Source: Bacilli bacterium (GTDB lineage Bacteria > Bacillota_I > Bacilli_A > RF39 > UBA660). Taken from it: DNA of 45,276 nucleotides. The stretch covers positions 1 to 45,276 of the forward strand of contig JAQUFI010000001.1 of the NCBI GenBank assembly GCA_028684735.1, in the 5' to 3' direction. Both the position numbers and the translations under genes were made by a program. The notes beneath the pieces were generated by a model, which was not told the origin of the DNA, made no database searches, and saw only the letters and a list, made by a program, of their open reading frames with translations. This document shows positions 38,044-45,276 of the stretch, piece after piece (positions within the stretch are counted from its first letter, which is position 1; every line of letters begins with the position of its first letter).

Positions 38044-38577
38044 ATGATATTTATGAGAAAGTCGATACTATTTATTTTAGGAATGCTGATGATTTATTTA
38101 TTATTAGGTAATATATACACAAATAAGATTGTCATCCCTGATGAGGCAATTCGACTTAGAGTAATACCTCATAGTAATAATAAAAACGATCAAATGATTA
38201 AACAACAAGTATCGATATTATTACAAGATGAGATGTATCATTTGCTTAAAAATACAACGAAAATTGAAGAAGCTCGAAGTATTATTAATAATAATTTAGA
38301 TAAACTTGATATGTCAATTAACAACCTCTTAACAAATAAAAAGTATCCTTATGGGTATCAAGTTAATTTTGGATATAATTACTTTCCTGAGAAGGAATAC
38401 AATGATATTATCTATAATGAAGGTTACTATGAATCCTTATTAGTAACCTTAGGAAATGGTTCAGGGGATAATTGGTGGTGTGTTCTTTTTCCACCATTAT
38501 GTTTATTAGAAGGAACAGAAAGCAATACCATTGAATATAAATTTTTTATTAAAGAAATAATCGATAAATATTTTTAG
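38044..38577 (+). CDS. spoIIR: Stage II sporulation protein R
   Basis: IRLRVIPHSNNKNDQMIKQQV and GDNWWCVLFPPLC are SpoIIR signatures. N-terminal signal/TM segment. Confidence 0.8.
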   Translation: MIFMRKSILFILGMLMIYLLLGNIYTNKIVIPDEAIRLRVIPHSNNKNDQMIKQQVSILLQDEMYHLLKNTTKIEEARSIINNNLDKLDMSINNLLTNKKYPYGYQVNFGYNYFPEKEYNDIIYNEGYYESLLVTLGNGSGDNWWCVLFPPLCLLEGTESNTIEYKFFIKEIIDKYF

Positions 38578-38620
38578 TCTAAATTATTATTTCTTAAATA
38601 GAATTTTATAGGAGGATGTT

Positions 38621-39148
38621 ATGAGCTTTCTTTTTATCGTTTTGATTGCTGTTAGCTTGAGTATGGATGCTTTCTCGCTATCACTAGCTTATGGTACTTT
38701 AAATATTGATAAAAAAAATATAATTATATTAACAATTATGATAGGCATCTTCCACTTGTTTATGCCTTTTCTAGGTTTGTTTCTAGGAAATAAAATATTA
38801 AAATGGATTCCTATTGAACCTGACATAATTGTTTTTATTATCTTAACTTTTATTGGTATAGAAATGATTATTGATTCTAAAAAGCATAGAAGTTTTAAAA
38901 AAATGAATTTTTTTCAATTAGTATTGTTTAGTTTAGCTGTTAGTATAGATAGTTTTTCAGTAGGAATTGGTTTAAATTTAATTACTTTTAATTATTTATC
39001 AGCTACTCTTGTTTTTTCTTTTACTAGTGGTATGTTTACTTATCTAGGATTAATTTTAGGAAATAAAATAAATTATATCATGGGTTCAATGGCCACGATA
39101 ATGGGTGGTCTTATTTTAATTATTATTGGTTTATTCTATTTGTTATAA
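38621..39148 (+). CDS. mntP: Manganese efflux pump MntP
   Basis: Two SxDAF/SIDSFSVG half-repeats (SMDAFSLSLAYG, SIDSFSVGIG), six TM segments, 175 aa. Confidence 0.85.
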   Translation: MSFLFIVLIAVSLSMDAFSLSLAYGTLNIDKKNIIILTIMIGIFHLFMPFLGLFLGNKILKWIPIEPDIIVFIILTFIGIEMIIDSKKHRSFKKMNFFQLVLFSLAVSIDSFSVGIGLNLITFNYLSATLVFSFTSGMFTYLGLILGNKINYIMGSMATIMGGLILIIIGLFYLL

Positions 39149-39233
39149 CAAAACCTTTACTTATATTGACATTAAAAATGATAATTCAATTGCTTTAATA
39201 ATAAAAAAAATATATAATTAAATTGGTGATAAG

Positions 39234-40085
39234 ATGATAGTAAACATGAAAGATATGTTGAATAAAGCAAAAAAGGGAAAATATGCAGTACCTCAATTTA
39301 ATATTAATAACTTAGAATGGACGAAATATATCCTTGAGGAATGTCAAAAGAATAATAGTCCAGTTATTTTAGGGGTTAGTGAAGGGGCAATTAAATATAT
39401 TGGTGGCTATAGTGTTGTCGTTAGTCTTATTAAAGAATTAGTTAAGGAATTAAAAATAACAATCCCTGTAGCTATCCATTTGGATCATGGCACAAGTATT
39501 GATTCTTGTATAAAAGCAATTAATGCTGGTTTTACATCAGTTATGTTAGATGCTTCAAAGGAAATATTAGATGAAAATATTAAGTTAACTAAAGAAATAA
39601 TGAGATATGCATCTAAATTTAAGGTTACGGTTGAAGCAGAGATAGGTCATATTGGTGGTACTGAAGATAATGTTACTAGTAATATTATGTTTGCAAAAGT
39701 AGATGAAAGTATTAGATTTACTAAAGAAACAAAGGTTGACTTTTTAGCACCGGCACTAGGTAGTGTTCATGGCTTATATAAAGGCGAACCTAACTTAGAT
39801 TTTAAAAGGATGCTTGAAATCAGTATTAAAACTAGTACCCCTTTAGTCTTACATGGTGGAACTGGTATTCCTGATGATAAAATAAGAGAAGCTATTAGTT
39901 GTGGGATTGTTAAAATTAACATTAATACGGAATTACAAATTGTTTGGTCAAATGCTGTTAAGATGTATTTAAGTAATAATCCTATGGTATATGATCCAAG
40001 AAAGATTATCGGATCAGGTGAAATGGCTATAAAAGAGACAGTTAGACAAAAAATTATCTTACTTGGTTCAGAAAACCAAGCATAG
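39234..40085 (+). CDS. fba: Class II fructose-bisphosphate aldolase
   Basis: YAVPQFNINNLE, HLDHG, EAEIGHIGG, LHGGTGIP. Confidence 0.93.
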   Translation: MIVNMKDMLNKAKKGKYAVPQFNINNLEWTKYILEECQKNNSPVILGVSEGAIKYIGGYSVVVSLIKELVKELKITIPVAIHLDHGTSIDSCIKAINAGFTSVMLDASKEILDENIKLTKEIMRYASKFKVTVEAEIGHIGGTEDNVTSNIMFAKVDESIRFTKETKVDFLAPALGSVHGLYKGEPNLDFKRMLEISIKTSTPLVLHGGTGIPDDKIREAISCGIVKININTELQIVWSNAVKMYLSNNPMVYDPRKIIGSGEMAIKETVRQKIILLGSENQA

Positions 40086-40104
40086 TATATCAGTGGAGGT
40101 ATGT

Positions 40105-41358
40105 ATGAAACAAATAAGAATTAGTGGTGGACATGTTTTAGAGGGAACAATTAGAATTAGTGGGGCAAAGAATAGTGCCGTAGCACTAGTTCCAGCCTCA
40201 TTGTTATCTGATGAAATTGTTAAATTAGATAATGTTCCTAATATTTCTGATATCGATGCCTTAAATGAGATTTTAACTTTTTTAGGTGCAAAAGTAAAAC
40301 GAAATGGTGAATTGATGGAAATTGATTCAAGTGAAGTTGAAAATAAAGGAATCCCTGAACATATATCTAAAAAATTACGAGCATCATATTACTTTATGGG
40401 TGCTTTATTAGGAAAATATAAAAAAGTAGAAATGTATTTCCCTGGTGGATGTTCAATTGGGTCTAGACCAATCAATCTCCATTTAAAAGGATTTGAAGCT
40501 TTAGGAGCAACGGTTATTGAAGAAGGAAATAAATATACAATTTATGCTGAAGAATTAAAGGGTAGTCATATTTATTTAGATATGGCTAGTGTTGGAGCGA
40601 CGATTAATATTATGCTTGCAGCTGTAAAAGCAACTGGTTTAACAATTATTGAAAATGCTGCTAAAGAACCTGAAATCGTCAATGTAGCAACTTTCTTAAA
40701 TCAAATGGGTGCTAAAATAACTGGAGCAGGAACAAGTGAGATAAAAATAACAGGTGTTGATAAACTAGGTAGTTGTTATATGGAAGTTATTCCTGATCGA
40801 ATTGAAACAGGAACTTATGTAATTGCTGGTGCTTTAAGAGGTAAAAACTTAAAAATAGATAATATTATTCCTGAACATATTGAAGCACTTTTAATTAAAT
40901 TAAAAGAAATGGGTGTTAAGTTAGATGTATATGAAGATCATTTAATGATATCGGCTACAGATAATTTAAAACCAGTTAATATAACAACTCAAGTCTATCC
41001 AGGTTTTGCAACTGATTTACAACAACCAATCACAACCTTGTTGACAATGACTAATGGTACTTGTCAATTAGAAGAGACCATCTATGAAAATAGATTTCAA
41101 AATGTTGAATACCTAAATAAAATGGGCGCAGATATAACCATCAAAGATCAATCAATTGTTATTGTAGGACCATCTAAATTAAGGGGAACAACTGTTAAAG
41201 CAACAGATTTAAGGGCGGGTGCTTGTCTTATTCTAGCAGGATTAATTGCTGAAGGAGAAACAGTTATTGAAGAAGTTGAACATGTTCTTCGAGGATACGA
41301 AAACATAATTGAAAAATTAACGGATGTTGGTGCTAAAATTAAATTAGAAGAAATATAA
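40105..41358 (+). CDS. murA: UDP-N-acetylglucosamine 1-carboxyvinyltransferase
   Basis: MKQIRISGGHVLEGTIRISGAKNSAV, active-site GGCSIGSRP, C-terminal RGYENI. Start at the ATG at 40105 after GGAGG. The ORF-track start at 40063 overlaps fba. Confidence 0.94.
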   Translation: MKQIRISGGHVLEGTIRISGAKNSAVALVPASLLSDEIVKLDNVPNISDIDALNEILTFLGAKVKRNGELMEIDSSEVENKGIPEHISKKLRASYYFMGALLGKYKKVEMYFPGGCSIGSRPINLHLKGFEALGATVIEEGNKYTIYAEELKGSHIYLDMASVGATINIMLAAVKATGLTIIENAAKEPEIVNVATFLNQMGAKITGAGTSEIKITGVDKLGSCYMEVIPDRIETGTYVIAGALRGKNLKIDNIIPEHIEALLIKLKEMGVKLDVYEDHLMISATDNLKPVNITTQVYPGFATDLQQPITTLLTMTNGTCQLEETIYENRFQNVEYLNKMGADITIKDQSIVIVGPSKLRGTTVKATDLRAGACLILAGLIAEGETVIEEVEHVLRGYENIIEKLTDVGAKIKLEEI

Positions 41359-41360
41359 TG

Positions 41361-41384
41361 AAGTAGAGTAAATCTACTTTTTTT
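41361..41384 (+). terminator. Rho-independent terminator of murA
   Basis: AAGTAGA-GTAAA-TCTACTT followed by TTTTT. Confidence 0.6.
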
Positions 41385-41394
41385 GGAGGTTTTT

Positions 41395-42096
41395 ATGAAA
41401 AAACTATTTATTTTAATTATTATTTTAGGATCAGTTTTCTTAATTTATATGACGACAGTCAATAAAAAAAGTTATTATCTATCACTTGGTGATTCAATTG
41501 CTGTTGGAATTAATGCTTATGGTGATAGATCATATGGGTATGCTAATCAAATAAGGGATTATTTAAAAGAAAAAAATAACTTGGATGCTTATGTATCGGA
41601 GTTTGCCAAAGAAGGTTACCGAACAACAGATTTAATCAACGATATTAAAACGAATCGGGAAATAATTATTGGTGATAAACCTAAAACAATTCAAAATGCT
41701 TTAATTAAAGCTGATATTATTACGGTTTCAATTGGTTTAAACGATATATTGTATTATTTGACAGTTGACTCTGAACAACCATATAATAAAGTCAATGAAA
41801 TTATGACCGATATTAAAGAATTATTTAAATTACTAAAAGAGTATTCAAAAGAACAAATCATCGTTTTAGGTTATTATAATCCATTACCTAATCATCAACA
41901 TAAAGAGGAAATCGAAGATATTATTATCTATGCTAATCAAAAATTAAAAATACTGTGTAATGATTACAATATTCAATATGTTGATTTATATTACTTATTT
42001 GAAGATAATGACTATTTAGTTAATCCTGATAACATTCATCCTTCTAATGAAGGCTATCTAGCAATCACTAATAAAATAATTGCTTTAATAGATTAA
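41395..42096 (+). CDS. SGNH/GDSL-family hydrolase with N-terminal membrane anchor
   Basis: Block I LSLGDSIAVG, block III GLND, C-terminal DNIHPSNEGY (DxxH). The ATG at 41395 follows GGAGG. The ORF-track TTG at 41383 lies within the SD. Confidence 0.82.
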   Translation: MKKLFILIIILGSVFLIYMTTVNKKSYYLSLGDSIAVGINAYGDRSYGYANQIRDYLKEKNNLDAYVSEFAKEGYRTTDLINDIKTNREIIIGDKPKTIQNALIKADIITVSIGLNDILYYLTVDSEQPYNKVNEIMTDIKELFKLLKEYSKEQIIVLGYYNPLPNHQHKEEIEDIIIYANQKLKILCNDYNIQYVDLYYLFEDNDYLVNPDNIHPSNEGYLAITNKIIALID

Positions 42097-42127
42097 AAAA
42101 TGTTATAATATAATAAGAGGTGGTTAA

Positions 42128-42769
42128 ATGGAAAAGGTCTTTTCGAAGATTTTTATGTGGATGTTTGTTGGATTGTTAGTTACGTTTGGAACATCCTTTT
42201 ATGTCGCAACCCAAGAAAATATGCTTTATAATATCTTTAATACAGGAACATATTGGTTTATTATTATTGCTGAATTAGCTTTAGTATTTATCTTATCAGC
42301 TAGGGCTCATAAAATGAACTTTTTTACAGCAGCTGTCATGTTTATTATTTATTCAATGATATCTGGATTAACATTTTCAATTATCTTTGTTGCTTTTGAA
42401 ATAAGTTCAATTATTTTAATCTTTGGAATAACAGCAGCAATTTTTGGATTATTTGCGGTAATTGGTTATACGACTAATCTTGATCTATCGAAGATATCAA
42501 CGCTCTTATTTATGGGATTAGTCGGAATAATCTTAGCTACTATCGTTAATATGTTTTTACAAAATCAATTATTTGATATTATTCTATCTTGGATTGGAAT
42601 TATAGTTTTTATTGGATTTATTGCTTATGATATTCAAAAGATTAAAAGAATTATACCGATGATTGAAAACCAAGAGAGCATAGCGATTGTCGGTGCTTTA
42701 CAGTTATATCTTGATTTTATTAATATTTTCATTAGATTATTAAGTTTGTTTGGGAAATCAAGAGATTAA
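42128..42769 (+). CDS. BAX-inhibitor-1 / YccA (YetJ) family membrane protein
   Basis: Seven TM segments and the C-terminal motif GALQLYLDFINIFIRLLSLFG. Confidence 0.85.
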   Translation: MEKVFSKIFMWMFVGLLVTFGTSFYVATQENMLYNIFNTGTYWFIIIAELALVFILSARAHKMNFFTAAVMFIIYSMISGLTFSIIFVAFEISSIILIFGITAAIFGLFAVIGYTTNLDLSKISTLLFMGLVGIILATIVNMFLQNQLFDIILSWIGIIVFIGFIAYDIQKIKRIIPMIENQESIAIVGALQLYLDFINIFIRLLSLFGKSRD

Positions 42770-42771
42770 TA

Positions 42772-42800
42772 TTGCATTTTCCTTTAAACCTTGCTATAAT
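42772..42800 (+). promoter_or_regulatory. Candidate sigma-A promoter of rpmE
   Basis: TTGCAT (42772-42777), 17 nt, TATAAT (42795-42800). Confidence 0.55.
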
Positions 42801-42853
42801 AATAACGCTTTTAATTAATATGAATTAATTTTATACAAAGGAAGGAGATTTAT

Positions 42854-43066
42854 ATGAAAAAAGGAACACACCAAAATTACGTTGAAACTAAAGTAACTTG
42901 TGCATGTGGAAATGCATTTACAGTCCAATCAAATAAAGAAGAATTACATATTGAAGTTTGTGATAAATGTCATCCTTTCTTTACTGGAGTTCAAGGAACA
43001 ACGATGAAGGCAGGAAAAGTAGAAAAATTCAATCGTAAATATGGTTTACAAAAAGAAGAAAAATAA
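42854..43066 (+). CDS. rpmE: 50S ribosomal protein L31 (zinc-binding type A)
   Basis: MKKGTHQNY..., CxC...CxxC (CACG, CDKCHPFFTG). Confidence 0.95.
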   Translation: MKKGTHQNYVETKVTCACGNAFTVQSNKEELHIEVCDKCHPFFTGVQGTTMKAGKVEKFNRKYGLQKEEK

Positions 43067-43135
43067 TTCTTTTTTTTTGTAAAAATTTATTAAGCAATGG
43101 TATAATAATGATATATCAAGAAAGAGGGACATAAT

Positions 43136-44971
43136 ATGTGTGGAATTGTAGGATTCATTGATAAAAAAGAAACAAAAGAAAAAAATAAAATAATTAAAAA
43201 GATGTCTGAGAAGATTATTCATCGAGGACCAGATAGTGAAGGTTTTTATGTGGATGAGATTATTGCCTTAGGTCATCGTAGGTTAAATGTCCTTGATTTA
43301 GAAACTGGTGATCAACCAATCTATAATGAAAAAAAAGATAAGCTTATTATCTTTAATGGGGAAATATACAACTTTCAAGAATTAAGAAAAGAATTAAAGA
43401 AGAAAAAATATAAATTTATAACTAATAGTGATACCGAAGTTATTCTTCATGGTTATGAAGAATATGGTGCTAGAATTGTTAATAAATTAAGAGGGCAATT
43501 CGCTTTTGTGATATGGGATATCAAAAAGAAAGAACTATTTGGAGCTAGAGATCATTTTGGAATGAAACCATTTTATTATGCTAAAATGGATGATACCTTT
43601 ATCTTTGGTTCAGAAATAAAAAGTTTTATTCCTCATCCTAATTTTAAAAAAGAAATAAATAAGGATGCTTTAAAACCATATTTGACTTTTCAATATTCAG
43701 TTTTAGAGGAAACTTTCTTTAAGAATGTTTATAAGTTATTACCAGGTCATTATTTTACGTATAAAAAAGGTCAAATGAAAATTAAAAAGTACTATGAAAT
43801 AGAATTTAAAGAACAAAACAAACCAATTGATAAATATATGGAAGAAATCGAAAAAGTAGTAAAAGAATCAGTTAAGTACCATAAGGTTAGTGATGTTCCA
43901 GTAGGCTCTTTCTTATCAGGAGGCGTTGATTCGAGTTATATCACAACTCTTTTAAAACCAAATAAAAACTTTTCAGTTGGATTTGAGAATAAAGGTTTTA
44001 GTGAGGTTAATTATGCAAAAGAGTTATCAGACTTATTAAAAATTGAAAATGTTAATAAAATAATTAAAGCTGATGAATTTTTTGATAAATTAGAATTAGT
44101 TCAATATCACTCTGATGAACCACATGCCAATTTATCAGCTGTTCCTTTATACTTTTTATCAGAGCTAACTAAAGATCATGTTACCGTTGTCTTATCTGGT
44201 GAAGGGGCAGATGAACTATTTGGGGGCTATACTTCTTATAGTTTAGTCAAAGAAGATAAAATGTATCGTAAAGTACCTAAGTTTATTAGATACTCCTTAG
44301 GTAAAATTGCTAACTCATTACCTACATTCCACGGAAAACATTTCTTAGTTAAGAATGGGTTGCCGATTGAAGATTACTATGTTGGTCAAGCTTTTATCTT
44401 TGATGATAAAGAAGCTAAAAAGATTGTTACAGAACCATATAAACATGGTCCTAATTTTAAAGAAATCACAAAACCTATTTTCGATAAAGTAAAAAATAAA
44501 GATGATGTAACTAAAATGCAGTATCTTGATATGCATTTATGGTTACCACATGATATCCTATTAAAGGCTGATAAGATGACGATGGCTCATTCAATTGAAG
44601 TTAGGGCGCCATTACTCGATATCGAAGTAATGAAAATTGCTTCTAAAATCCCAACTAATTATAAAATCAGTCATGGTACAACTAAATATATTTTTAGAGA
44701 GTGTACGAATAAGGAATTGCCAGAAGAATGGGCTAAAAGACCTAAACTGGGTTTTCCTGTACCTTTTACACAATGGATAAAAGAAGATAAATATTATAAT
44801 CTTATTAAGAAAGAATTTACTCAATCATATACGAAAGAATTCTTTAATCAAGATGAGATATTAAAATTGTTAGAGGATCATTATCATAATAAAACAAATA
44901 ATGGGCGCAAAATTTGGACCATCTATGCCTTCTTATTATGGTATAAAGTTTATTTTTTGGTTAATAAATAA
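43136..44971 (+). CDS. asnB: Asparagine synthase (glutamine-hydrolysing)
   Basis: MCGIVGF Ntn nucleophile; PP-loop SGGVDSS; 611 aa. Confidence 0.93.
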   Translation: MCGIVGFIDKKETKEKNKIIKKMSEKIIHRGPDSEGFYVDEIIALGHRRLNVLDLETGDQPIYNEKKDKLIIFNGEIYNFQELRKELKKKKYKFITNSDTEVILHGYEEYGARIVNKLRGQFAFVIWDIKKKELFGARDHFGMKPFYYAKMDDTFIFGSEIKSFIPHPNFKKEINKDALKPYLTFQYSVLEETFFKNVYKLLPGHYFTYKKGQMKIKKYYEIEFKEQNKPIDKYMEEIEKVVKESVKYHKVSDVPVGSFLSGGVDSSYITTLLKPNKNFSVGFENKGFSEVNYAKELSDLLKIENVNKIIKADEFFDKLELVQYHSDEPHANLSAVPLYFLSELTKDHVTVVLSGEGADELFGGYTSYSLVKEDKMYRKVPKFIRYSLGKIANSLPTFHGKHFLVKNGLPIEDYYVGQAFIFDDKEAKKIVTEPYKHGPNFKEITKPIFDKVKNKDDVTKMQYLDMHLWLPHDILLKADKMTMAHSIEVRAPLLDIEVMKIASKIPTNYKISHGTTKYIFRECTNKELPEEWAKRPKLGFPVPFTQWIKEDKYYNLIKKEFTQSYTKEFFNQDEILKLLEDHYHNKTNNGRKIWTIYAFLLWYKVYFLVNK

Positions 44972-44990
44972 GAGAGTAATCTCTTTTTTC
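44970..44990 (+). terminator. Rho-independent terminator of asnB
   Basis: AGAGAG-TAAT-CTCT(TT) hairpin followed by a T-tract. Confidence 0.5.
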
Positions 44991-45052
44991 TTTTACCTAC
45001 TAGAATAATTTGAATATAAATGGTAAAATGATAATTATATGGAGATGAGAGA

Positions 45053-45276
45053 ATGGATTTGAGAGAAATAAAAGAATTTTTCAAAGACACAATAGGTTAT
45101 ATTTTAGTTGCTATCTTTATTATCTTTGTTGTATTATATATCGTATCGCTTCAACAGGTAATAGGACCTTCAATGAGTCCAACTTTAAATGATGGTGATG
45201 TTTTACTGTTAAATAAATTTGTTTATTCCCTTCGCGAGATAGAAAGAAATGAAGTAATTGCTTTTGATTATGATGA
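45053..45276 (+). CDS. lepB: Signal peptidase I, N-terminal fragment (runs off the window)
   Basis: ATG at 45053 after GGAGATGAG. My translation is MDLREIKEFFKDTIGYILVAIFIIFVVLYIVSLQQVIGPSMSPTLNDGDVLLLNKF, with a TM anchor and the catalytic GPSMxPTL motif. Confidence 0.85.
   Translation, partial: MDLREIKEFFKDTIGYILVAIFIIFVVLYIVSLQQVIGPSMSPTLNDGDVLLLNKFVYSLREIERNEVIAFDYD

Noticed and set aside
38578-38620. Expected yybP-ykoY manganese riboswitch upstream of mntP
   Set aside because: The spoIIR-mntP gap is only 43 nt and has no conserved riboswitch helices, so it is too short.

Overview
AT-rich (about 25-30% GC by eye), standard-code, walled low-GC Firmicute-type chromosome. The window is centred on the replication origin. 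Every gene left of about 18.3 kb is on the minus strand: mfd, pth, rsmI, yabB-like MTase, ricT, holB, bofA, recR, ybaB, dnaX, tadA, ffs, gyrA, gyrB, recF, comK, dnaN, dnaA. Every gene to the right is on the plus strand: rpmH, rnpA, yidC, jag, HD protein, mnmE, mnmG, rsmG, noc-like, uvrB, DUF360, lgt, trxB-like, yvcK, whiA, rplI, dnaB, M23 peptidase, walJ-like, rlmH, spoIIR, mntP, fba, murA, SGNH hydrolase, BI-1, rpmE, asnB, lepB. The content is almost all housekeeping, packed tightly with many 4-14 nt gene overlaps. I saw no mobile elements, CRISPR, tRNA or rRNA. The non-routine signals concern chromosome segregation and organisation. (1) The largest non-coding stretch (8878-9404, between gyrA and a small SRP RNA) carries five consensus parS sites within about 440 bp. 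(2) A perfect Noc-binding-site (NBS) palindrome lies inside that array, and a second perfect NBS with extra half-sites lies inside rsmI. (3) The only ParB-family gene in the window is Noc-like. It has a roughly 300-aa low-complexity insertion, lacks the usual N-terminal extension, and is not followed by soj-spo0J. (4) NBS-half-site-like 9-mers decorate its promoter. Other notes: comK sits as an insulated unit between dnaN and recF; oriC is bipartite with TTTTCCACA-type DnaA boxes; the TrxB homologue lacks the NADPH-binding motifs; a few sporulation genes (bofA, spoIIR, ricT) are present. I found no clearly new multi-gene system. The parS/NBS/Noc-variant combination is the best candidate for something undescribed.
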